Source: Tubulanus polymorphus (lineage: Eukaryota; Animalia; Nemertea). From it: a stretch of DNA of 64,000 nt. Below the pieces are notes generated by a model. It searched no databases, was not told the origin of the DNA, and saw only the letters and a list, made by a program, of their open reading frames with translations. The stretch covers positions 18,718,950-18,782,949 of the forward strand of contig NC_134029.1 of the NCBI RefSeq assembly GCF_964204645.1, in the 5' to 3' direction. A program made the position numbers and the translations under genes. This document shows, piece by piece, positions 14,201 through 25,700 of this stretch (position 1 is its first letter; every line of letters begins with the position of its first letter).

Positions 14201-17200
14201 GACGATGGGGGCTTCCCTGGCTCGCAATGTATCTCCGTCCCGTTCAGTTTTATCCGAACCAGCGGGGGACATGCCATTTAGAGCGATGATAAGTGAGTTC
14301 TTTGTCAAGCACGGGGCAACTCGCGCTAAGCCCACAGCAGCTCCTCTGGTCGGTGAGTCAATGGAAGCTTATCGCCCTCCGGACTCTTAACGTTTTACGG
14401 GAATCGTCAGCGGTTTCGAGAGAATGGGCTCGATTGGATACGCAATTATGGGGTGAATGTCGGCCTGGAACTTTTTCATTTCCCCCTCAAGAACGGGGTA
14501 TGAAATCTGGGAAATATTTTAGTTCAACCGATCCACCTATAGGCGCATTTCGCTCGGCGTATTACGCAACTCCAGGTGCTGTGGATCACAGTCATAACTG
14601 CCTGGATGCTGATTATACTTTGATCAGCCCGGATACTGTTACAGCACAGTCGGGTATTCGTTTGCCTAAGTCCGGTTTGGTGGCCATGACGTCAATCCTG
14701 GACAATCTTACCAGGGTTGGTTCGTTTCAAGATATGGCACTGAAGGTGTTGACGGGTGAGCTTCGCGAGACTCACGCCGCCGTTCATGCGGGCTCCAACC
14801 CAGAGTCAGTTGCCCTAAAACTGGAGGGAATGGACCGGATTATCCAATCTTTGGCTCGGTCTGTTTCGCATGTAATTCCGTTGTCGGTTCGGGGTCAGGC
14901 TAATCTGGTGTTAGCCTCCCGTCAGTCAGTGATGGACTCCAGTGCCAAAACTCGTCTACCGGATATGGTGTCCAATGCTTTGCTGAGAGCCCCATTGGGG
15001 ACGTCTTCACGTCTCTTCTCCGGTTGGTGCGCTCCGGTTTCCGCAGAGCTGAGGAAGATTCGGGAGGTTCAGGCCAAGTCCAACCCCCGAACTCCGTGGA
15101 AAAAGCGTTCTGGTCCGACGCCGGCGGCGCAAGGTTCGGCACGGACGCAAACAGGACCATCTCAAACTTCAGCGCTTTCTCAGGTGGCTTCGGATGCCGG
15201 TTGGAGAACTAGCGGGCAACTTCAACAATCGTGTCAAGCCTCGTCCGGTGGTAACAGTTCCGGTTCGTATCGAGGCAAGGGGAAGGCTCCAAAAAGGGGC
15301 TCTTCCTTTCGGAAAAACTCGAAATGAATTCTTGGGACCAGTGGGAGGTTGTCTGCAGCAGGCAGCAACCCACTGGTCCGACCTCTTTGGAGACGGTTGG
15401 CCCTCCCGGGTCGTCTCTCGGGGCTACCGTCTCCGTTTCCTAAGGCGACCGCGCCTGATGAGGTCACCTCCCGACATGCGGCCAAAACCAGGTCAGGAGG
15501 CCTTAATCTCTCCGGCTCTCAAGGAACTGGCAGAGAAGGGAGCGATAGAACCAGTTTGCAACGAAACTTCTCCCGGCTGGTTTTCTCGAATATTCATGGT
15601 ACCAAAGGCCACAGGGGGTCAACGGACAGTGATAGATCTGTCATCCCTCAATCGGCACCTAGACATTCCAAGGTTCCGGATGACCAAGCCCAAGGACGTG
15701 ATTCAAGGGTTCCGTCCGGGTCAATGGGCGGCTTCATTGGACCTGAAAGACGCTTACTTTCAGGTTCCAATTCACCCAAAATCTCGGCGATTTCGGCTCA
15801 GGAATGTCGGGAGGCAATGACCTCAGTCTTGGACTTAGTCCATCAGCTAGGGTTCCGCGTAAACAGGGAAAAATCTCAGTTGACGCCGGCCCAACAGTTC
15901 ACTTATCTCGGCATGGACTTCGATCTCCGAATCGGCAAAGTCTTTCCGTCTATGGTTCGAGTGGCCAAACTTCAAGAAGCTGTAGCGGGAGTGTCCACAA
16001 CCCCGAGAACAGCTCGTTACTGGTCACGGCTTCTAGGCTCCATCAGCTCCATGGGTCTGGTGGTGCCCTTAGGCCGCCTCAGAAGCAGGCGCTTGCAACA
16101 ATATTGGAAGGTCTTCTGGTCTCAGTCGAAGGGCAACTGGGAGGCCTTGATTCCCGTACCTCCAACCGATCTAAGTCCGGATCTTCAGTGGTGGGCGGCC
16201 ACTACGAATCTTCGGCTCGGGGTGTCACTAGCCCCGTTAGAGGCTCCAGTTCGTGTATTCACGGATGCCAGTCACCAAGGTTGGGGGGCACATCTGGAGA
16301 ACCGAGTCAAAGCCGGGAAATGGTCTCGCTACGAGGCCACCAACCACATAAATTTCCTAGAAATGCTGGCCGTGTGGAAGGCCCTGAAGTTCTTTCACAG
16401 GAGAGTGGAGGGCCACCACGTTTGGTTAGCCACAGACAATTCAACAGTGAGGGCTTACCTTCAGAACCAAGGGGGCACTCACTCAGAAACCCTCACAGGT
16501 CTGTCGGCCAAAATTCTTCTTTGGTGCCAGACAAAGGGCGTGTCCCTGACTGTGGCACATTTAGCAGGGAAAAGGAACGTGATGGCCGATGCTCTGTCTC
16601 GTCGAGGTCAGGCTATTGCGACAGAATGGGTTCTCCACCAAGAAGTAGCCGATCGGGTTCGGGGCATTTTTGGCAATCCGCTGCTGGATCTGTTTGCCAC
16701 CCGGTTCAATCGGAGGTGTCCTCTGTTTGTGTCCCCGTTTCCAGACAGGTCATAACTATTAAAGGTTACCGCTCCGCGATTTCTCATACATTGCGTGCTT
16801 CTGGATGGCCAAATGTAGCAGGGGATCATCGGATATCCCAGCTGGTTGCTGGGTTTTCTATTTCCCGGCCTCGGGTAACAAGGACAGTTCCACCATGGGA
16901 TCTGTCTGTAATTTTGAAGAAGTTAATGGAGGCTCCATTTGAACCTCTTTCGGCAGCGTCTTTTGCAAATTTGTCAAAAAAGACTGCATTTTTGCTGTTC
17001 TTGGCTTGCTCGGCCCGTCGCTCTGAGATTCATGCGCTTTCAGTCCGACAAGGTCACATTGTCTTTGGGCCAGCGAATGAATTTGTTTCGCTGCGGCCTG
17101 CTTTGGAATTTTTGGCAAAGAACCAACGACCAGGCTCGGTTGGGCGTCAATGGCGAATTGAAGCCCTAAAACATCGAGTGGAACCGGGCATCCCGGACAG

Positions 17201-20200
17201 GACTTTATGTCCTGTGCGGGCGTTGTGTTTCTATTTAGATCGCTCTGCTTCACGGAGGGGTTCACGGGAGCGGTTATTTATTCCGCTGCTGGATCACCTA
17301 AAGGGTGATATTTCGCGGGACACAGTAGCCCGATGGGTCTCTTCAATGATCAAGGACATTTTATTGAAGGAGAATCTTTCCTCGGAGGGAGTCGTTTCTC
17401 ATCAAGTGAGGTCTATGGCTACTTCCTGCGCAGCCTTTTCGGGTGCTCCGTTGGAGGAAGTCTGTCGGGCCGCCTTTTGGAATTCACCGTCGACATTCAC
17501 GTCATTTTATTTACGGGATGTTTCAGGCCAGTTAGGCTCATTAGCTTCACTTGGTCCTGTTGTCATGGCTCAAGGTGTCCGTTCTTTCCGATCGGACCCT
17601 TTAGTGTAGAATATTTATGTAGCATTATCAGGATCACAGGGGGTGTATCCTTGTACATAGTTTGGGCTCATATCTGCAAGTATTAATTTCGCTAAATTCT
17701 GGGGGGGCCCCTGAGCTGGACGGACTCACTGTGGCCAACCGGTCTTCCCTGTGCTACAGTGCTCCATTCCGTGCTTGGGTAAGTGCTCTCTTTTTCCCTC
17801 TTACCTTGCGTTTGAGCGGTGGTTTTTCTATCTACCTTTCCCACCATCCTTGTGCTAGGCTAGTCTAGCAAAAACCATAGGAAAGGGTACAGTACTCGAC
17901 GGAAATATTACAATTTTTGGAACTAAAATTTGTATTTCCGAGTAGTACTTACCCTTTCCTATGGTGGGAATCCCGCCCACCTGCCCCGCATAGCTGTTTT
18001 TTTTGGTCTGCTATGACGAAAAAAGATGGCGGATTTCGCCGGTGGCTAAATGCAATACCGCAGGGCCGGGTCGTATAGAAAAACCATTGGCGATAAATCC
18101 AAATTTAGAAAATATTGGCAAAAACCATAGGAAAGGGTAAGTACTACTCGGAAATACAAATTTTAGTTCCAAAAATTGTAATTTTTGTGCGGCAAACAAA
18201 AAGTGTCAGGGCGGATTCGGGTGGCTTGAGGAGTAATACAGGGCGGATATGGACAGCATGAGGAATAACACTGGGCGGATATGGGCAACTTGAGTGCTAA
18301 TGGGTTAATCCTAAGTAATTTCATGTCTTGCAGAAATCGATCCGAACATTGTCGGCTCCGAGGGTAAAGCATACTTGTATAAACCAGCGACAGGTAATAA
18401 CGACGAAGTCGAAGATCTGGCCAAGAACATGTGGGGACTGACGATGAGGATAGAGGATGACGACGATAAAAGCAGCGGTATTAGTGATAATGAGTCGCAG
18501 AGCGGCGATGAACTCGACAGCGACATGTCATTCGGCGACGGTGAACCGCTTCCGGTCGATGAGGACGAAGACTCTCAAAGTAAGTTATTAAGTCGAGCAA
18601 CCAGGATCGAAAAATTATGATTATTCACACCACTTAAGGATTACTTTGCTATGTTTTCAGTGTTCTATACGGAGGTGTTAGATACACTGGATCGAGCGGA
18701 AGAGGAGGACCAAGATGCTGAAAATATCATCCTTGAAATCAATTCATTAAAGTACGTACGAACTCGTTGAATGGGCCAAAAAACGCTCATGTTATTGCAG
18801 CTTATGAAATCTTTATTGTGGTAAACATCTTGATTCAACAGAAATTCTTAGCCATGTGCGAAATAAGTACCATTTTAAACAGAATTCGATATTATTCTTA
18901 AAATGAATCAATGAAATTATATGTTTTTTTCCTCCTGGCAGACATGCGTATAACATCGCTATAAAAGAAGTCAATGAACTAGTCGTACGTTGTATCGGAG
19001 AACATATATGCGTTAAAAATCCACATCTAGAAAACGTTCAGTTGTTGGCAGTATTTCTAAAGGTCAGTTTACTATTTGTCAACGGTAAATGAATTTCAAA
19101 ACCAGCGGCCAGTTGCTCAAAAGTTGGTTAACCAGTGGATAGTTGTCGTGGTGACAATCAAAACTTGATTGATTGTTACCAGGCGTTTATCTGCCATCTT
19201 TAATCTACTTTAAAGCAGCAAAGACAGTTCTCCGTAATTTCTTGGCAAAACTTCATGAGGAAGGAAGATTTTACTGGCAGACGAATTACTTTTCCGTGTA
19301 AAACTTGTTTCTGATGAGGAATGGAATCATTGAATAAGGATTTTATTTGCCACTCTCAATATTTGTTACTCTTAAAGTTAGCCCCAGCATTCATTATTCT
19401 GAATGATTTCCTCCTTGCCTTGAAATTGTGTATTCTTACTGATTTCACTGGATTCTTTGATTATATGAGGTTTTAGTTTATTAAGGGGCTATGTACCAGG
19501 GGGCTAGTTGCATTCACTTTTCATCCGTCCATCTGTCTAGACAGAATGCAGTCTTACTGGTTAGTTTTCAACATGCTTTGATGTATGGCCTTAATACTTG
19601 GTCTATGTATCTATCTCTCCTTTCCCTCTTCAACCCTTAATGTGGGCCAATCAGAATCAAGATGGCCGACTTGTGGCCATTGTAGTTCGGCCAAACCAGC
19701 ACACTTTTGAAGTTTTTATGAAAAATTTTGAAGAAGCTTTGATCAATTATCTTTAGGTTTGTATGTATACAATGCATCCTGGGGCTGAGTGACAACCAGG
19801 GGTAAAATGGGACGATCAAGAAATAAGATGGCTGATTAGCCAAGTTTTAGATCATGACAGGTTCAGCGATTGCAGGGATTTTCAAGTCTTTGGCTTCTGC
19901 ATACATTCACCAGGGGGCGTTGAATGGTAAAATTACGAAGTATTTCCATTTATGTTGGTTCCTATGTATAATTTGGAATATGATCAATTGCAGAAGTTGT
20001 AGCTCGTGACGTTTCAAGATCACTGGTTTCTGTATACGGTATGTTCACCAGGGGGCCTTGAATATTGAAATTGTCAGATTGTCAAGCATTTACCTGTTCC
20101 CAAGTGGGCATGCTGTACCTGGACCCCTAGTTATTAATCATTTTCTCTCATAGTTACTGAAAAAATGGATGAAGGTTTTACGGAATTATATAAAAAATTC

Positions 20201-21145
20201 AGAAGCACAGAAACACTGTTTAACAGGACTTGAGGTAAGCTTTCACTGGAAACTACCCAATAAAACTGAGATGTTAAGAATTGTGTGGTGGAGATTACAT
20301 TAATTTAGGAAAAATTCATAACAGTTTTGTCAAAATAACAGTACATATATATATATATACAGTATAACAGTCAAAATAACAGTACAAATTCGCCAGGCTT
20401 ATTCATTAAACACATTGATTTAACTTTAACATCCTCATAGGAACTGTGCCTTCAACAGGATAAAATGAAAGTGATACTGCTGAAGGTGCTAAATTTCTTG
20501 TACGATCAAGAAATCCTTTCGGAAGAGGTGATCATACATTGGCATAAAACGGTGCCATCGACGGGGGATCAGGCTATGAGAATTTCAATTAGAAAACAAG
20601 TACGTATATGTAATATCCGTAGTGCCACTACATTTAGATACGGTGGAACCTCGTTACGGCAAACTTCACAGGACCAGAAAATATGTTCGTTATAACCAAT
20701 AGTTCATTATACCCAGTATATGAAATGATTAAACTTTCTTACTTGAGACGAAATTCTATACTTGTTATACCCGATGAATTGTTGTATCCGAGTTCGTTGT
20801 AACGAGGTTCCACTGTAGTTGAAACTGATATGCCTCAAAATCCTGCAAAGAAATATACTTTCCTAGCTAGTACAGCAGACTCTGCTCATGTTTGATCTTT
20901 TTGGATTGTGAAAGTTTGTTAGACTTGACTAAGAGTAATGGATGGTCGATACACTTCGCATTGTTCATCCATAAATAATTCCATCAAATATCCCTATCTG
21001 AGTCTTTATCAGAGTTTGGTTATATCCAACGTGAGTAGAGACTTGTTTATCAACTTCATTTGGTTGATTTCTCTAGGTGGATCCATTTGTAACGTGGTTA
21101 GAAGAAGCCGAAGAAGAGTCGTCGGATGATGATGATGAAGATTGA
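5290..21145 (+). CDS. EIF2B5: eIF2B epsilon subunit, ~15 exons: ~5290-5412, 7039-7163, 7703-7888, 8544-8718, 9491-9646, 10293-10506, 11327-11427, 11557-11702, 12391-12508, 18334-18579, 18661-18751, 18943-19062, 20154-20234, 20441-20599, 21078-21145
   Basis: [38 protein letters not shown]; [12 protein letters not shown]; [20 protein letters not shown]; hexapeptide-repeat exons; W2 domain [41 protein letters not shown]. Confidence 0.94.
5591..5938. mobile_element. Fold-back MITE in EIF2B5 intron 1 (remnant ~35330-35480)
   Basis: Long imperfect inverted arms, e.g. ATCGCCCAGAATTTTTGGG / CCCAAAAAATTCTGGGCGAT and CTAGCCAATCAG / CTGATTGGCTAG. Confidence 0.65.
8830..9190 (+). repeat. Dispersed repeat; longer related copy ~39190-39860
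   Basis: Shared blocks GGTCGATCTTGATGAAAC, GTGCAAAGAATG.GCC, TTCAAAAAGTTG..TTTAGCTT. Confidence 0.55.
13338..15327 (+). CDS. DIRS gag-like region in two frames (13338-14390 and 14293-15327), probably one broken ORF
   Basis: N-terminal Cys/His cluster [21 protein letters not shown], Ser/Arg/Pro-rich linker, helical core and basic tail, positioned upstream of RT. Confidence 0.65.
15324..16755 (+). pseudogene. DIRS reverse transcriptase/RNase H plus start of methyltransferase domain, with deletions
   Basis: [48 protein letters not shown]; RNase [37 protein letters not shown]; [16 protein letters not shown] block missing at ~15793. Confidence 0.88.
16749..17609 (+). pseudogene. DIRS tyrosine recombinase, N-terminally truncated
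   Basis: [55 protein letters not shown] (R..HxxR..W..Y catalytic set). Confidence 0.88.
17868..17965. repeat. DIRS internal complementary region (ICR)
   Basis: First half is the reverse complement of the left end (ATTTCCGTCGAGTACTGTACCC...), second half of the right end (...TTTTAGTTCCAAAAATTGTAAT). Confidence 0.9.
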
Positions 21146-22779
21146 TTTATTTGAAGATAGAATTTTATAGAAAAAACATATTTGTTGACTTGAAATAAAT
21201 GAATGTGCCTAATTGTCGCTAAATAAATTATGTACGAGTCCATGTTGAATAATCGTTGTCATGTCTTTTCTTGTTGAGATCACATGATTTTAGAATTGAT
21301 ATTTGGTGTTTAACCAGCCAATAGAATAGATACTGGTGCATCGACGAAGTGCTCTTTTGGCATTGTAAGATCCTTCCTCTGACTTAGAATGCATAGTCAC
21401 GGCTTAGACTTAAGTCTAGTCTAAGACCAACTTACTTCTATATCCAATCTTACAAAATTAGACCAGTCTTAAGATTTAAGACTACTTTTGGACTTAAGTC
21501 ACGACTGCAACTGGGCCCAGGAGTTATTGTTACACTTATTGAAATCAAGGTGGAATAAACACTAGGGGTCGATTTTGGTCAACCGGGCTAGGTGTAGTGA
21601 CAACTCTGATTCTGGAACACCTACTGGTACATCTCACGGCTAGCACTTGAGGCAAGAAATAACTTTTTTTAAATGATTCTGTTCACCTGCTATAACCATA
21701 ACCAGTTCCCAGCAAGAAATCAAGCCAGAGAAGTGTTTCAGGTTTGTCTCGTTGCGTGGCTAGGCTTAACGTATAACTGTAAAGATACCAAACACATTGG
21801 CTGGTGTGTAAATAAATTACCAAGTACATGTACTTATGCAGGGGTTTCACTCAATACAAATCCCAGTTGCTATTCAAAGTTAATCAGGATGGCCACTTTG
21901 CACCTATCTACAAGATCCCTGAGTTTTTCCCGATTCTCTGAGTTTTCCAGGTCAGCGGCCACCCGTTAACAATAAATTGTACCGGTTGAGTCGATGGTTT
22001 CTACATAAGCAAAACAGAGAACTATATCTAGAGATATCTGTACGTCTCTACCATCTGGAGGCTGCATGGGCAGATGATCGATAGAGTGGAACCTCAGTAA
22101 CACAAATCTTGCGAGCAAAGTGAAATTGTTGTATCAAGCGGGTTTCGTATCATCAAAAACAGGATTCGTAAGCTGGGACATGCTGGATATAATCGTAATA
22201 AACGTGTTTCGTATTATCTAAAGCTTCATTGATATGAATATGTTCGCTGGGACCTGCTCGAAAACGAGGCTCCGCTGTATATACAAATTGAGAGCACAAA
22301 AGCCTCCTACAATCTGATAATGAATTACATGAAACTAAATTTTTCAGTTGCCAATAAATATATTTACAAATAACAAGTGCAACATGTACACCATAAAGAT
22401 AAAAATCTCCAAAAAAACTACAAATTAATCACTATATTTTAGATTTTTCATAGTTGGACGGATATCTGAATATATTTTGCTAGTACCGGTAATTACTGGA
22501 CGGGGTTTATTCGTCTTTAGAAGATACAATCATATAATTTTAGATCACAGACACTTAAAAATTAGGCTTTTGAATTCAAAATCCATCGGAGTAGAAATGG
22601 AATGCTTCGTTCACAGATTTCTATGAGATTCACAAGGCTTTGCAAATCCTAATATTACATAAAACTATCACGTTACGATGGTCCATCTTTGTAAGTCCTA
22701 AAAAAAATACTTTGATTATTTTTCGAAATGTCAATCAATGTCGACGCAAGAAGCTCATCAACACTTAATATTTGCGCTT

Positions 22780-25700
22780 TTATATTTTCTGGTAGAAAGA
22801 TGCCTCCATACTATCGGTCCTCAGCAGATCACCAGGGTGATGAATAAGATCGACGATGTACGATTTTGGTGGATATTTTGGAGCTCCAGGCTGCAACAAG
22901 TAAACAAACAAATTCCTGATCATGTTAGTAATCCCAAGAGCAAAAAATCCCCAATTAAGCCCACACAAGGGATTTCCTTAGGTAAGGTTACTACAGCAGG
23001 AGTAACAAATAATATGCAAAATGAAAGCGAATCGGTTATAAATAAAATTTCACTATGGTATTTTGTGAAGCAATAAGTAATATTTTTATCGAGGCACCTG
23101 TCTTTTCCAGAACTAAACTGAAATTCGGTTTTATTGTGAAAAATTCAACCTACCGTAGTAGTTTCATCACAAAGCATCACCTCGTTCCAGGCTCGATTAT
23201 ATTCGCCTCTCACTAGCGAACAAGGTACGGCAATTCTATCGGCAAGAGCCTGCAAGAAAAATGTCGACATTCAAATGAAATATCCGATCACGATTCGAGA
23301 GCAGCTAGAAATAGGAATTCATGAGTTTCATCGCAATATGCTATCTTAAACCAGGGAATCTAAATTAGGTCGTTTACAAGATTGGGACTGTGAATACAGT
23401 GTACTGGCAAACCAAACCTTGGAGCAGAATGATTATACTGAGGCAGAACTGATTCCTTTTTGAATAATTTGACATAGACATTGTAGCTTAATTGAAAATG
23501 AACTAGAAATTAGTCTGATTTTGAGAGTATTTATTTTACTTTTGCGGTATTGACCCTCAAATAGAGGCGGTAGCTTCACTTCATACCTCAACCTACTAAG
23601 TCCCACTCAGGGCATTATCAGCAGATTCATGGTTTCTTATTACCAATAAGGGGCAATGCCAGAGAAGAAGCTTCGACCAAGAAACTGATACTTTCAAAAT
23701 ATAATCCCATGAATTATGGTATTGACAATACCAGTAGGTCCACGTGAAAGACTGATGACTGAATCCGTGACATTGGTTCTGACGACTGAAAAATGCATGC
23801 AATTTTATCGCGATACTTATCACGTTTCATTCGTTACCTTGAACAATATACTTCTGTGATAATGTATGCCAGCGTTAATAGTCCCGATTGGAATAACATT
23901 AGACTGTAAATTATATTTCAGTTGACTGATTTGTAGTTCGTAACTGAAATTTGACACTTGTCCTTTTTCGATTGCACCACCCATACGATCAGCAACGAAC
24001 CTAAAATGAGTATCAACAAATACCGTAAGATGATCTGGCTTAGGGGCATATTTCTCAAGAGACAAGTAGGGTTGCAATTTGGCCAAGAGCCCGCTTTGTC
24101 GACTCACTAATGTCTATTTCAAATTGACTTGAGAGTGCATTAGATGGCCTAGCTCAGTTAGTTTTGTTGGATTTTGGTTATCTGATAAAAGTGTTATTAG
24201 GACCAGAACAGACTGGCAGTTGACCTAAAACATCGTTTTTTAATCCAGTCTTCACTGTATTGAAGGATTAGATAAAAATTCTTCATTGAAAGGATGGCAT
24301 CATAGAAAAAGAGACACAATTTTCTTGAAAAAATAAAGTTTAACAATATGTTTCCATGCCTACCCTGACAACTGAAGTTTGGAATGTATGCATGGAAAGA
24401 TATAGTTAAACATTCAAATCATGGAATCACTTTTCTTTATTCAACTGCTTTCAATGAAGACTTTCTGGATATCCTTCAATACAGTTTGAAAACGATTAAA
24501 AACCAATGTTTTAGGTGAACGCCAGTCCTCTCTGATCCTAATAGGACTTACCGGTATATCAGGTTTGGTATGTCCACCAAACTAATTGAGCAAGGTAACC
24601 TTATGTGCTCTCAAGTCAAGTTGAAATAGACAGTAGTACCAGAGAGAAGGATCATAATACAAATACATATGTGAGCTATTTTCATCGCAGAGGCTATTAT
24701 CCAATCATCCAAAATATTAGATTTCCAGGAAAAGAAGTAGTCAATCAGGCTGGTAATGTTGCCAAAACATAGAGATCAATTCTTCGATATTTTCAAATCA
24801 ATTATATGTTAAGAAAATATTCAACAGCTACTACTACAACCAATACAGTTTTATGCATGCTCTATCGGCAATATATCTTACTCGGCTAATGCAACTACTT
24901 GTTCTTTCATTGACCCCAATGGCAATACTTTCTCGGTGACCATATCAACATATTTGCGCAACATATCATCGACTGGTGGTACAAATGTACTTTCTTCTAT
25001 GGGTTCTTCCTTTTCTTGTTTTTCTTTCGTCGATTGACGTGATTTTTCGGCTGATTTTTCACGTGGTTTCCTACGAACAACATCGATCAAAATAGTTCAT
25101 CATCGAAAGAGCAATCAAGAATATGAAATCGAAACCATCAGGGCCTACGTAACACAGTTCCCAGATGCCGAAGACTAATGCACACAATATCAAACGTTTT
25201 GCACAACCTGAAGTACCGGTACATAGGCTCTGAAAAGCATTTGCAGTAGCAGGTAGCATCTGCTATCCAAAATACTAGATAAAGTTCACTTGAAACGATG
25301 ACTACCTCCATAAATCAGATATCTCTAATTAAAATAATCCAATATGAACCCAATCTTAACAGAGTTCTATGGTATACACAGTAGATCAATGGAGCGTGTA
25401 AACCATCTTTTAGGCTAAGCTATCTGTACATTATTATTATAATTCTTGATAGAAAATATTCTTTTTTAAGAAAACAGGTCTAGGAGCAAGCGTTTGCGAA
25501 TAAAATGGGCATTTTTATAAAACAAAAAAAGGAAACTAAATCACCGAGAACAAAATGAAGCGTCATTACAATGGAACCTCAAGAGACTATTAACGACTGA
25601 TCATAAAAATTTCTCATTTGGTTGGTGGTTGTACACGACGTGGATGTTCAGAGGTTCCACTGCACAGAATTTTCCCTTTACCACAGAAATAAAGCATTGG

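Larger units (their letters stand above)
12999..18182 (+). mobile_element. DIRS1-type tyrosine-recombinase retrotransposon, internally deleted
   Basis: Left ITR ~13001-13139, right ITR plus extension ~18018-18182, ICR ~17868-17965, overlapping gag, RT-RNase H and YR ORFs, GC-richer than flanks. Confidence 0.93.
12788..18308. mobile_element. piggyBac-like MITE family B, split by the DIRS insertion
   Basis: TTAA-CCCATCAGCACTCA ... TGAGTGCTAATGGG-TTAA; both halves align to the uninterrupted copy at 61845-62278. Confidence 0.8.

Noticed and set aside
13576-14335. Overlapping 179-aa (+) and 196-aa (-) ORFs in DIRS gag
   Set aside because: By-products of GC-rich CCGGT-repetitive sequence; no domain motifs
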